Below, piece by piece: positions 55,328-63,943 of a stretch of 64,000 nt of DNA. The stretch lies in the NCBI GenBank assembly GCA_963766115.1, contig CAVXYR010000006.1:177514-241513 (forward strand), in the 5' to 3' direction. Numbering within the stretch: the stretch's first letter is position 1; every line of letters begins with the position of its first letter. Both the position numbers and the translations under genes were made by a program. Source of the stretch: an uncultured Solirubrobacterales bacterium. Its GTDB lineage: Bacteria; Actinomycetota; Thermoleophilia; Solirubrobacterales; 70-9. Below the pieces are notes generated by a model. The model was not told the origin of the DNA. It made no database searches and saw only the letters and a list, made by a program, of their open reading frames with translations.

Positions 55328-55782
55328 GCCGGGCAGCGAACCGCGTCGCCATCCTGCATGGGGTCAACTTCGACGTGCTCGAGCGCCGTGATCCTGAACT
55401 CTACGGCGGCATCAGCCTGAACAAGCTCGAGTACCGGATAGGCCGCTGGGCGGGCGAGCTGGGGCTCGAACCCAGCTTCTTCCAGACCAACTCCGAAGCC
55501 GAGTTCTGCGGATACCTGCACCGGCTCGGGCAGGTGGCCGATTCGGCGATCATCAACGCCGGTGCGTGGACCCATTACAGCCGGGCGATCGGCGACGCGT
55601 TTGCGGTCGACCCCGTGCCGGCGGTAGAGGTTCACCTCTCCGACGTCGAAGCCCGCGAGGAGTGGCGCAAGGTGTCGGTCTTCGAGGGCTTGATCGAGGA
55701 CAGGGTGTCCGGCAAAGGAGTCGAGGGCTACCGCGAAGGCCTGGCCATCCTCGCCGGCCGGCTCGGCACGAGCGGTGGGTGA
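55324..55782 (+). CDS. aroQ: Type II 3-dehydroquinate dehydratase
   Basis: 152 aa. Has ILHGVNFDVLERRDPELYG, IINAGAWTHYS, VEVHLSDVEAREEWR. Confidence 0.9.
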   Translation: MSRAANRVAILHGVNFDVLERRDPELYGGISLNKLEYRIGRWAGELGLEPSFFQTNSEAEFCGYLHRLGQVADSAIINAGAWTHYSRAIGDAFAVDPVPAVEVHLSDVEAREEWRKVSVFEGLIEDRVSGKGVEGYREGLAILAGRLGTSGG

Positions 55783-56870
55783 CAGCGGGCGCTCCGCGGA
55801 CCGGATCGGCTCGGTGCGGGCCGGCCGCCTGTGCGAGGCGGTGGCCGGGGCCGGGCTCGACTCGCTGCTGGTCACAGACCTGACCAATGTCCGTTACCTG
55901 ACCGGATTCGGCGGCACCAACGGCGCCTGTCTCGCCGGGCCGGACCGGATGACCTTCCTCACCGACTTCCGATATACCGACCGCGCTGCCGAAGAGGTCG
56001 GGGGCTGGGAGATCGAGATCGTCAGCGGTGAATGGCTGGCCGGAGTGGCCGAACGGCTGGAGGGACGGGTCGGATTCGAGGATGACCGCCTGACGGTCCG
56101 CAACGCTGCCAGGCTGGCGACAGCCTCGGCGGATGATGTCGAGTTGATCGAGGCCGGCGGGAAGGTCGAGGCCCTGAGGAGGGTCAAGGACTCCTCCGAG
56201 ATCGAGGCGATCGCCGCGGCTTCGGATCTGACCGACCGGATCTACCTCGAAGTCGTTGAACGCGGATTGACCGGCCGGACCGAAGCCGACGTCGCCCGCT
56301 TCGTGGTGGGCCGGATGCGCGACCAGGGCGCCGAGCCCTCGTTCCCGCCGATCGTCGCCTCCGGGCCGAACGGCTCCTCGCCCCACGCCGAGCCGGGGCC
56401 GCGCGAGATCGCCCCGGACGAACTGGTGACGATCGACATGGGGGCCGAACTCGATGGCTACTGCTCGGACTGCACCCGGGCCTTCGCGACCGGGGAACTC
56501 GATGACTTCGCCGCCGGGATCTACGAGGTGACGCTGGCCGCCCAGGAGGCCGGCCTGGCAGCCGTCTCGGCCGGTCGCGAGGCGGTCGAGGTCGACCGGG
56601 CCGCCCGCGAGGTGATCGAAGCCGCGGGCCACGGAGAACACTTCGGACACGGGCTCGGCCATGGAGTCGGGATGGAGGTCCATGAAAGCCCGCGCCTCGG
56701 ACCCAGGTCGGAAGACGTCCTCCTGGCCGGTGACGTGGTCACGATTGAACCGGGGATCTACGTATCGGGCCGGACCGGTGTCCGGATCGAGGACCTGGTC
56801 GTGGTCGGCGAAACCGGGATCGACCGCAACCTCAGTTCGGTCGACGAAGGAACTGACCCGGGTCGATTGA
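55775..56870 (+). pseudogene. M24B Xaa-Pro dipeptidase/aminopeptidase P-like, frameshifted about 8 codons before the stop (near 56841-56848)
   Basis: Has NVRYLTGFGG, DMGAELDGYCSDCTR, HGLGHGVGMEVHE, TIEPGIY and GVRIEDLVVV. The track frame runs on to 57019 as RLRRAGASRSDD..., whereas the alternative frame gives KELTRVD-stop at 56868-56870, the usual family ending. Span is 3n+1. Confidence 0.75.
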
Positions 56871-57075
56871 GGCGAGCGGGGGCCTCGCGGTCGGACGACG
56901 GACTGCCGTCGCGGCGGAACCCGGTCCGCCGGCTTCGCCGCAGTCCGGAGAATCCGCTACTGTGTGACAGCCGTCACAGAGAGATTGACGGCAGAGGCCT
57001 TGCTCCCAGCTCCGGGTAGGGCCTGAATTCCCCGAATGGCGAGGGAGTCTTGAGGAAGAGGGTGAGCTACGAAAG

Positions 57076-57101
57076 AACCGGTCTGAGGGGGCCGGTTTTT
57101 T
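57076..57101 (+). terminator. Intrinsic terminator-like hairpin followed by a T6 run
   Basis: AACCGG-tctgaggggg-CCGGTTTTTT. Confidence 0.55.
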
Positions 57102-57134
57102 CATGCCCGCCGGGTGCCACCTGGAGCCCTGCCA

Positions 57135-57164
57135 CGAAATAGGGCCCCGCCGGGCCCTATTTCG
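57135..57164. terminator. Perfect 13-bp inverted repeat with 4-nt loop between convergent genes (possible bidirectional terminator)
   Basis: CGAAATAGGGCCC-cgcc-GGGCCCTATTTCG. The A/T-rich stem bases give U-rich flanks on both strands. Confidence 0.5.
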
Positions 57165-57207
57165 TTCGAGGTTCAGCGGTGGTTGCCGGTAGCCGGAATC
57201 CCGGGAG

Positions 57208-59974
57208 TCAGGGGGTTCCGTCCCATCCGTTTGAGTAGCAGTAGTCTGTGCTGGCGCAGGCGGTGACACCCTGTCCCAGCAGGAACTCCGAAGCATGAGA
57301 GATACCGTCCGGAGACCTTCTGGGGTAGCTGTGTGGGTCGTCGCCGTAACCCCACTCGGGCCGCGGTGGTACGTTCTCGACCGGCGGGACGCCGCTGCCC
57401 TCCCCCGTGGTTCCGGTGAACGTTGTTGGGCCGCCATCGTAGTAGACGATCGCATTCTGGCCATCGGGGATCGGCGGGCCGAGGGGATCGATGCCAAACG
57501 ACTGACCGGTCCAGCTTCGCCCGGCGTTCAGGGCGGGCGTATACAACTGCGCGTCGATCGTCCTGGCCTCGACTTCGGCCGCTACGTTGGCCACCTGATG
57601 GTCGCCCGTGGCGACCCGCAGGAGCACCCTGTGCTCGTTTGTGTTCGGCAGCGGCGAGTTGGCCGGGTTGAGGGTCTGAACGTATCCGTTGCCTTCGCCT
57701 CGGTCCCAGGGGAGCTGCATGATTGAAAGGATCAGAGGGCGTTCAATCAGGTTCGGGTAGTTGTCCCATAGACCGACGCCGGGCAGGTAGATCGGGCCTC
57801 CTCCCAGATCGAGAACCCCGGTTGCGTACTCATCGAAGTCAACGCTGCGACGGAGCAAGGACGAGTAGTTGATTCCGGGCACACCCAGCACGCCGTAGTC
57901 GACGTCCGGGCTGAGCGGAGTCAGCGCGCCACCCATGATTCCGCCCTGGCTGATACCCATGTAATAGCCGCGGGTATCTTCTCCGGCGCTGGTGTCGATC
58001 GCCGAACCGGGGGTTATCGGGGTGATGCCGTCGTGGGTCATCTGGAACGCCGGCTCATCGGCGAATCCGTCGGGGTGGGCCAGGGCGCGGCTGAGCATCA
58101 TGAAGTTCACGAAGCCCTGCTGCATCCGATCGACCAACTTGTGGAAGTTGGACAGATCCTTGAGCGACGCTGCGACGGTGGAGAAATCGAGTTCCGAGAA
58201 TCCGTCCCAGTTGGTGGCACACCAGCTCGAGTTGGTTTCGTTACCGACTTCGCGGGTCGAACCGGTCGAATAGACCTGTGAAAGGAGGCCGAGCAGTCCG
58301 TGCCCGTAGACGCCGGTACCGCCGGGGTGTACTGATCCGCCGTCAACCACCGAGAGCGGGATCCCGCACTGGAACGGAACGTCCACGGTGTAGGCGTCAT
58401 TCCATTCGAGGTCGCCGTTGCCGTTGAACGAGAACTCGGCGCCGGTTGGGCAGCCGTCCTGGTTCAGGTAGCAGGGAACGTCGCGAATAAAGCCGACGAC
58501 AGTCCGCTGGTACCAGGATGCGTTCGGGACCGGCGAGTCGGTTGTTGCATTGGGGTCGTAACCGGACTCGCCCGGATTGTTGTCCCCTCCGCAGGCTGTA
58601 GTGCTCGTATCGGAGAGGTCGCAGTAGGCCAAGACGTCAATGTTCGGTGAGTTACCGGCAATCTTGCTATCAGCCAGATTGGTGTCGCCTCCACCCCCGA
58701 GCCGGGAGAACGCGTCGTCGCGGATTTCGGTAGCCCGTCCGGTTGTGCTCTCCTGACTTGCGACCGTGAAGTCCCAGGCGAGGTAGAGGTTCTCTTTCGA
58801 GATTCCGTTTTCCGACAGAACCGGAAAAACGTTCTTGTTGAGTTCGTTGCAGCGATAGAGCAGGGCCGGGTCGGTGATCTCGTCACCGTCGCGGCAGCTC
58901 TTGAACGGAGCGGCGGGCTCGACCGGCGCATCGGATTCGGACTTCAGGTTTCGGAGTGCCACGATGTAGCGATGCCCCGGTGTGTAGTTCTTGGCCGCCC
59001 GGATGATCAGGTTGACCGGCCCCGTGTTTGAGGGATCGTCGTTGGGGGATCCGCCGTTGATGATCACTGGCGGCTGGCCCGGCGTGAGCTCCTGAACAGG
59101 CTTCGTGGTCGGATTTGCGTCCAGTTCGGCGTAGATCATCGCTCGCTCGCCGGTTTTCGCGTCGATTACGACGACGGCCTGATCGGGATCGTCGTACTTG
59201 TCGATATCGGTCAGCGGGACGATTCCGGAATTGTCAAAGGCCGCAGGGGTCGAGACCTCGGGGATCTTGGTCACGATCAGGTTGCCGGGGCTGAATCCGT
59301 CGGCACGGTTGATGTCGGTCGGGTCGATTGGAGTGTCCTCGGTGTTCTTCGGCATCGCCTCGGCCGGAATGTCCAACTGAACTCCTGTATTGGTGCCCGC
59401 TTCCTTCGTGTAGAAATTGCTCGGCCAGGGCTGCAGTGCATACCGCCGGGTCGAGCGGATCGCAGGTCGACTTCTCGGGGGTAGGGGGATTTGGCGGAGT
59501 TGGTGGATTGTCGCACTGCTTGGAGCTCTTGGCCAGCTTCTTCTTCTTCTTGGCGGTCTTGCTCTTCTTGCCCCGCTTGTACTTGCCCAGGACCTGGACG
59601 GTCTTGGCGCCGCAGGTCGAAAGCTTCTTCTTGCCGGTCGAAGTCAGGCCTAGCTTGACCGTCTTGGTCTGCTTCTTGTTCTTCTTGAACTTGACCGTCT
59701 TTTTCTTGAAGCGGTTGGTCTTGCCACCCTGCTTTACCTTCAGCTTGACCTTGGTCTTGCCGGTCGACTTGACCTTGACCGCCAACTTCTTGGTGTTCAG
59801 CAGGGCCGCCTGGTTCTTGGTCTTGACCTTCTTGATCGTGACCTTCGCCTTCTTGTTCTTCTTGGCGCCGGCATGATCGGTGGCGACGGCCGTGGTCAGC
59901 GCGAGCGCCATAAGGAGTGAGAACGCCAGTACGGCAATGCGACGGACGTTCAGCAGGCCTGCGGGGTGATTCAT
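57208..59974 (-). pseudogene. Secreted alpha/beta-hydrolase-like protein with a Lys-rich N-terminal module and Pro/Thr linker, frameshifted near 59431-59442
   Basis: ATG at 59974 after GGGAG. Signal MNHPAGLLNVRRIAVLAFSLLMALALTTAVA. Then AKKNKKAKVTIKKVKTKN...KKKKKLAKSSKQC, NPPTPPNPPTPEKSTCDPLDPAVC, then a frame switch to LQPWPSNFYTKEAGTNTGVQLDIPAEAMP.... Downstream are GISQGG (GxSxG) and ATGDHQV. Span is 2767 nt, i.e. 3n+1. Confidence 0.7.
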
Positions 59975-60148
59975 TCGGTTACAACTCCCTCTGTTGTCGC
60001 CGACCGCTCGGACAAGACCGGCCAGGCTGGTCAAGTGTGATCAGGTTCACGGATAGTAGACCCATCCGGGCAAAAAGGTTGCGCCGCCGTTCGGGCTGGG
60101 GAACCGCGCCGCCCCGAGTCCAGCCGATTCGACCGGCTGAACCCGGGT

Positions 60149-61201
60149 TCAGCGGCTGAGATCGACGCCGGCTTCGATGCTTTCGACGAAAGCGACGACC
60201 AGCTCGACGGTCGCCTCGACGTCAGCCAGGTCGACCATCTCGACCGGGGAGTGCATGTATCGCAGCGGAATCGAGACCAGGCCGGTCGGTATCCCTGTGC
60301 GCGAGATCTGCAGCGAGTCGGCATCGGTGTGAGTCGCGTTGCCGCTCGCCCCGACGGAGTACGAGATGCCGGCGTCCTCCGCAGCGTCGCAAAGTAGCTC
60401 GTAGAGCCTGGGCGAAAGGGTCGAGCCCCGTCCGATCACCGGGCCGGAGCCGAACGGGTGGGTGCCGACCTCCTTTTCGTCGATCCCCGGGGCGTCGGTG
60501 GCGTGGGTGACGTCGATGGCGACCGCCAGGTCGGGCCGCACGGTGAACGAAGCGGTTCGCGAGCCGAACAGCCCGATCTCCTCCTGGACCGCCGCGACCG
60601 CCGCGAAGCGGGCCTTCAGCCTGGCGTTCTCATGACACCTCCGCAGGGCTTCCAGGGCGATGTAGGAACCGAGCCGGTTGTCCATGGAACGCGAGACCAG
60701 GCGGCCCCCGGCCACCGGCAGCGGCTCGGAATCGATCACGACGGGATCACCGACCGAGACCAGTTCCTGGGCCCCTTCACGGTCACCGGCCCCGATGTCA
60801 ATGTGCATCTCCTTCAGCTTGACCACCTTCTTGCGCTGGTCGGGGTCGAGCAGGTGGATCGGCTTGCGTCCGGCGACGCCGGGCACCTGGCCCTCGTTTC
60901 CGGTGATGGTCACACGGTGTCCGACCAGGATCTGGGGGTCCCAGCCACCGATCGGGGCGAAGTAGAGGAAGCCCTTCTCGTCGATGTGGGTGACGACCAG
61001 GCCGATTTCGTCGATATGCCCGACCACCGCAACCAGGGGCGCCTCGGCGTCGTCGCCGATCGTCGCCACGCTGGACCCGAGCCCGTCGGTGGTGATCTCG
61101 GCAAATCCGGCGGCATCGCGCCAGACCTTTGCGGCCGGCCCCTCGTAACCGGAGGGTCCTGGGGTTCTGAGCAGTTCGTCGAGCAGCGCGGGAGTCGTCA
61201 T
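60149..61201 (-). CDS. M42-family metallopeptidase (FrvX/YsdC-like aminopeptidase)
   Basis: 350 aa. Has PGPSGYE, AVVGHIDEIGLVVTHI, MDNRLGSY, AVQEEIGLFG. Confidence 0.85.
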   Translation of the reverse strand: MTTPALLDELLRTPGPSGYEGPAAKVWRDAAGFAEITTDGLGSSVATIGDDAEAPLVAVVGHIDEIGLVVTHIDEKGFLYFAPIGGWDPQILVGHRVTITGNEGQVPGVAGRKPIHLLDPDQRKKVVKLKEMHIDIGAGDREGAQELVSVGDPVVIDSEPLPVAGGRLVSRSMDNRLGSYIALEALRRCHENARLKARFAAVAAVQEEIGLFGSRTASFTVRPDLAVAIDVTHATDAPGIDEKEVGTHPFGSGPVIGRGSTLSPRLYELLCDAAEDAGISYSVGASGNATHTDADSLQISRTGIPTGLVSIPLRYMHSPVEMVDLADVEATVELVVAFVESIEAGVDLSR

Positions 61202-61264
61202 GCCCGGATTATGGCGGGTGACGCCGGGCCGGTCGCCTGGCGCCGTCCGGCTAGACTGCGCGGC

Positions 61265-61825
61265 GTGATTTCAACCAACCAGTTCAAGAACGGCATGCAC
61301 GTCGAGGTCGACGGTTCGATCTTCCGGATCATCGAGTTTCAGCACGTAAAGCCCGGCAAGGGCGGTGCCTTCGTCCGGACCAAGCTGCGCAAGATCGAGG
61401 ACGGCTCCGTGCAGGACAAGACCTTCCGGGCCGGCGAGAAGTTCCGCCCGGTCCGGACCGAGTCCCGCAAGATGCAGTTCCTCTATGAATCGGGTGACGC
61501 GGTCGTTTTCATGGACAACCGGACCTACGACCAGATCGAGCTTCCGGCCGACCTGGCCGCGGACGCGCTGCGCTGGATTCAGCCCAACGACGAGGTCGAG
61601 GTCCTGTTCGTCGACGAGCGGGCCTCCGAGGTCCAGGTGGCGAGCGCGATCGATGCCAAGGTCAAGAAGACCGAGCCCGGGCTGAAGGGCGACACCGCTT
61701 CCGGCGGCGGCAGCAAGTCTGCGACGCTCGAGTCCGGGGTAGAGGTCCAGGTCCCGCTGTTCATCGAAGAGGGTGAGTTGATCAGGGTGGACACCCGGAG
61801 CGGTGAGTACGTCTCGCGGGCCTGA
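61265..61825 (+). CDS. efp: Translation elongation factor P
   Basis: In-frame GTG at 61265 within the long track ORF. Sequence is VISTNQFKNGMHVEVDGSIFRIIEFQHVKPGKGGAFVRTKLR...; 186 aa. Confidence 0.95.
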   Translation: MISTNQFKNGMHVEVDGSIFRIIEFQHVKPGKGGAFVRTKLRKIEDGSVQDKTFRAGEKFRPVRTESRKMQFLYESGDAVVFMDNRTYDQIELPADLAADALRWIQPNDEVEVLFVDERASEVQVASAIDAKVKKTEPGLKGDTASGGGSKSATLESGVEVQVPLFIEEGELIRVDTRSGEYVSRA

Positions 61826-61861
61826 GCCCGAAGGAATGGACCCCGCTCGCGGAAAGCGGTC

Positions 61862-62290
61862 GTGATCCAGACCGACGTCACCCTGGCGCCGCGGCCCCGC
61901 GGTTTCCATCTGGTCACCGACGAAGTCGTCGCCGCCCTGCCGGGACTGCGGGATTTCAGGGTCGGCCTGCTCCACCTGATGATCCGCCACACCTCGGCCT
62001 CGCTCACGCTGAATGAGAACGCTTCGTCGGACGTGCGGCGGGACTTCCGCTCGTGGGCCGATGAGGTCGCCCCCGACAGGCCGGCCGGCTTCGACTGGAC
62101 CCACACGATCGAGGGCCCTGACGACATGCCGGCCCACATCAAGGGCACCCTCACCGGATTCGATCTGACCCTGCCGGTCCAGGCCGGTCGGCTCCACCTC
62201 GGTACCTGGCAGGGTATTTACCTGTGCGAGCATCGTGATCACGGCGGGCCGCGCTCCCTGACCGCGACCATCTGGGGCGAACCGGCCTGA
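61862..62290 (+). CDS. YjbQ/UPF0047 family protein (secondary thiamine-phosphate synthase-like)
   Basis: 142 aa. Has HTSASLTLNENASSDVRRD...MPAHIKGTL...LGTWQGIYLCEHR. Confidence 0.8.
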   Translation: MIQTDVTLAPRPRGFHLVTDEVVAALPGLRDFRVGLLHLMIRHTSASLTLNENASSDVRRDFRSWADEVAPDRPAGFDWTHTIEGPDDMPAHIKGTLTGFDLTLPVQAGRLHLGTWQGIYLCEHRDHGGPRSLTATIWGEPA

Positions 62291-62408
62291 CCCGCCAGGC
62301 CGGGTGAAACAACCGGCACGACGAGTCACACTTATTCGTGGCCCGGGTGGGCCGGATCGAAGCCGACACCGGGCCGGGGTCCGGGGGCGGGATCAATATC
62401 CTTTAGCG

Positions 62409-62789
62409 ATGCGCCGATCCGACCAGCGCCGCGATGCGGTCTTTGCCTGCTACCAGCAGGATGTGACCGATCGGCCGCTATCTGTCCTGCTGGCAGACGC
62501 CAAGCCGTTCACGATCGAGCTGGCCGAGGGGGTCGAAGAACGCCGCGAGGAGCTCGATGAAGTGATCGCCGAGTACTCAGAGGGCTGGGAGCTGAGCCGG
62601 ATCGCACCGCTGGAAAAGAACATCATGCGGGTGGCGATCTTCGAGATGAACTACAGCGACGACGTCCCGGCCGAAGTGGCGATCGACGAGGCGGTCGAGA
62701 TGGCCAAGAAATTCAGCGGCGCCGAAGCGCCGGGGTTCGTCAACGGGATCCTGGGAGCGGTAGCCGAAGAGATGCAGGCGGAAGCATGA
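62409..62789 (+). CDS. nusB: Transcription antitermination factor NusB
   Basis: The ATG at 62409 gives MRRSDQRRDAVFACYQQD...; has RIAPLEKNIMRVAIFEM and VAIDEAVEMAKKF...FVNGILG. Confidence 0.9.
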   Translation: MRRSDQRRDAVFACYQQDVTDRPLSVLLADAKPFTIELAEGVEERREELDEVIAEYSEGWELSRIAPLEKNIMRVAIFEMNYSDDVPAEVAIDEAVEMAKKFSGAEAPGFVNGILGAVAEEMQAEA

Positions 62790-62826
62790 CGATCCGGGAG
62801 AGCATCACGGCCCGGGAGCAGAAGAC

Positions 62827-63000
62827 GTGAGCAGGCTGGAAGAGATTCGCGACCGCCTCAAGCAGATCACCGCGGGGCTTGAGGACGAAGGGGTCAGCGA
62901 CACCGACGCCGCCAGGCTGGCCGGAGAGGCGGCCGAGCTGACAGGTGAGGCCGCTACCGAGGCGGCCGCGGCGATCGAGAAGCTGGATCGCGACCAGTGA
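62827..63000 (+). CDS. Small acidic helical protein (57 aa) in the position occupied by xseB in other bacteria
   Basis: Below the ORF-track size cut-off. GTG at 62827 after GGGAG. Sequence is VSRLEEIRDRLKQITAGLEDEGVSDTDAARLAGEAAELTGEAATEAAAAIEKLDRDQ. Lies directly upstream of the polyprenyl synthase and dxs. Confidence 0.35.
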   Translation: MSRLEEIRDRLKQITAGLEDEGVSDTDAARLAGEAAELTGEAATEAAAAIEKLDRDQ

Positions 63001-63079
63001 GCCGGACCGGGGCGGGCGCCCGGGCCGCGTGGCAGCTCCGGGAGGCGGGCTGCCACCGATCGCACCGGGAGCCTCGGAC

Positions 63080-63943
63080 ATGAGCTACCCCGACGACCTG
63101 CGCGAGGCGGTGGACCGGCATCTGGAGACGCTCGACTTTTCTGCCGAGCCCGGAACGGCCGGGTTGAGCGAGGCGATGCGGTATTCGTTGCTGGCCGGCG
63201 GCAAGCGGATCCGCCCTGTCCTCTGCCTGGCCACCGCGCGCTCGCTGGACCAGCCGATCGAGGACTACCTGGGGATCGCGGCGGCCCTGGAGATGGTCCA
63301 TACCTATTCGCTGGTCCACGACGATCTGCCGGCCATGGACGACGACGACCTGCGGAGGGGCAAGCCGACCGCCCACATCGAATTCGGCGAGGCGGTGGCG
63401 ATCCTGGCCGGGGACGGCCTGTTTGCGGAAGCGGTCCGTGTGATGGCCTCGGTCCCGGCCGACTCCGGCCGGGTCCTGGAAGCGGTCCGCCTTCTGGCGG
63501 CCGCGACAGGGGTCGAGGGCATGGTCGGGGGCCAGTATGTCGATGTCTCCGGGCAGGACCTGGACGCAGAGGGCCTGAGGCAGCTTCACTCGCTCAAGAC
63601 CGGACGACTCATCCAGGTGAGCGTCGAGTCGGCGCTGGCGCTCGGCGGGGTACCGGAGGAGCGCCGCGACCCGTACCACCGTTTCGCCACCGAGCTCGGG
63701 ATCCTGTTCCAGATCGTCGATGACATCCTCGATGTGACCGGCAGCGACGAGGAGCTGGGCAAGCCCCAGGGCAGTGACGAGCGACACGGCAAGGTCACCT
63801 ATGTAAGCCTTTACGGACTCGCCCGGGCCCGGGAGCTCTCCGCCGAGTCCCACCAGCAGGCGCTGGGCGCCCTGGACGGGATCGAGGGCGAAAGCGAAGA
63901 CCTCAGGCGGATAGCAGACTACATTTACCAGAGAGAACAGTGA
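63080..63943 (+). CDS. Polyprenyl (farnesyl/geranylgeranyl) diphosphate synthase
   Basis: ATG at 63080 (MSYPDDLREAV...). First Asp-rich motif LVHDDLPAMDDDDLRRG, second motif FQIVDDILD. Confidence 0.9.
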   Translation: MSYPDDLREAVDRHLETLDFSAEPGTAGLSEAMRYSLLAGGKRIRPVLCLATARSLDQPIEDYLGIAAALEMVHTYSLVHDDLPAMDDDDLRRGKPTAHIEFGEAVAILAGDGLFAEAVRVMASVPADSGRVLEAVRLLAAATGVEGMVGGQYVDVSGQDLDAEGLRQLHSLKTGRLIQVSVESALALGGVPEERRDPYHRFATELGILFQIVDDILDVTGSDEELGKPQGSDERHGKVTYVSLYGLARARELSAESHQQALGALDGIEGESEDLRRIADYIYQREQ

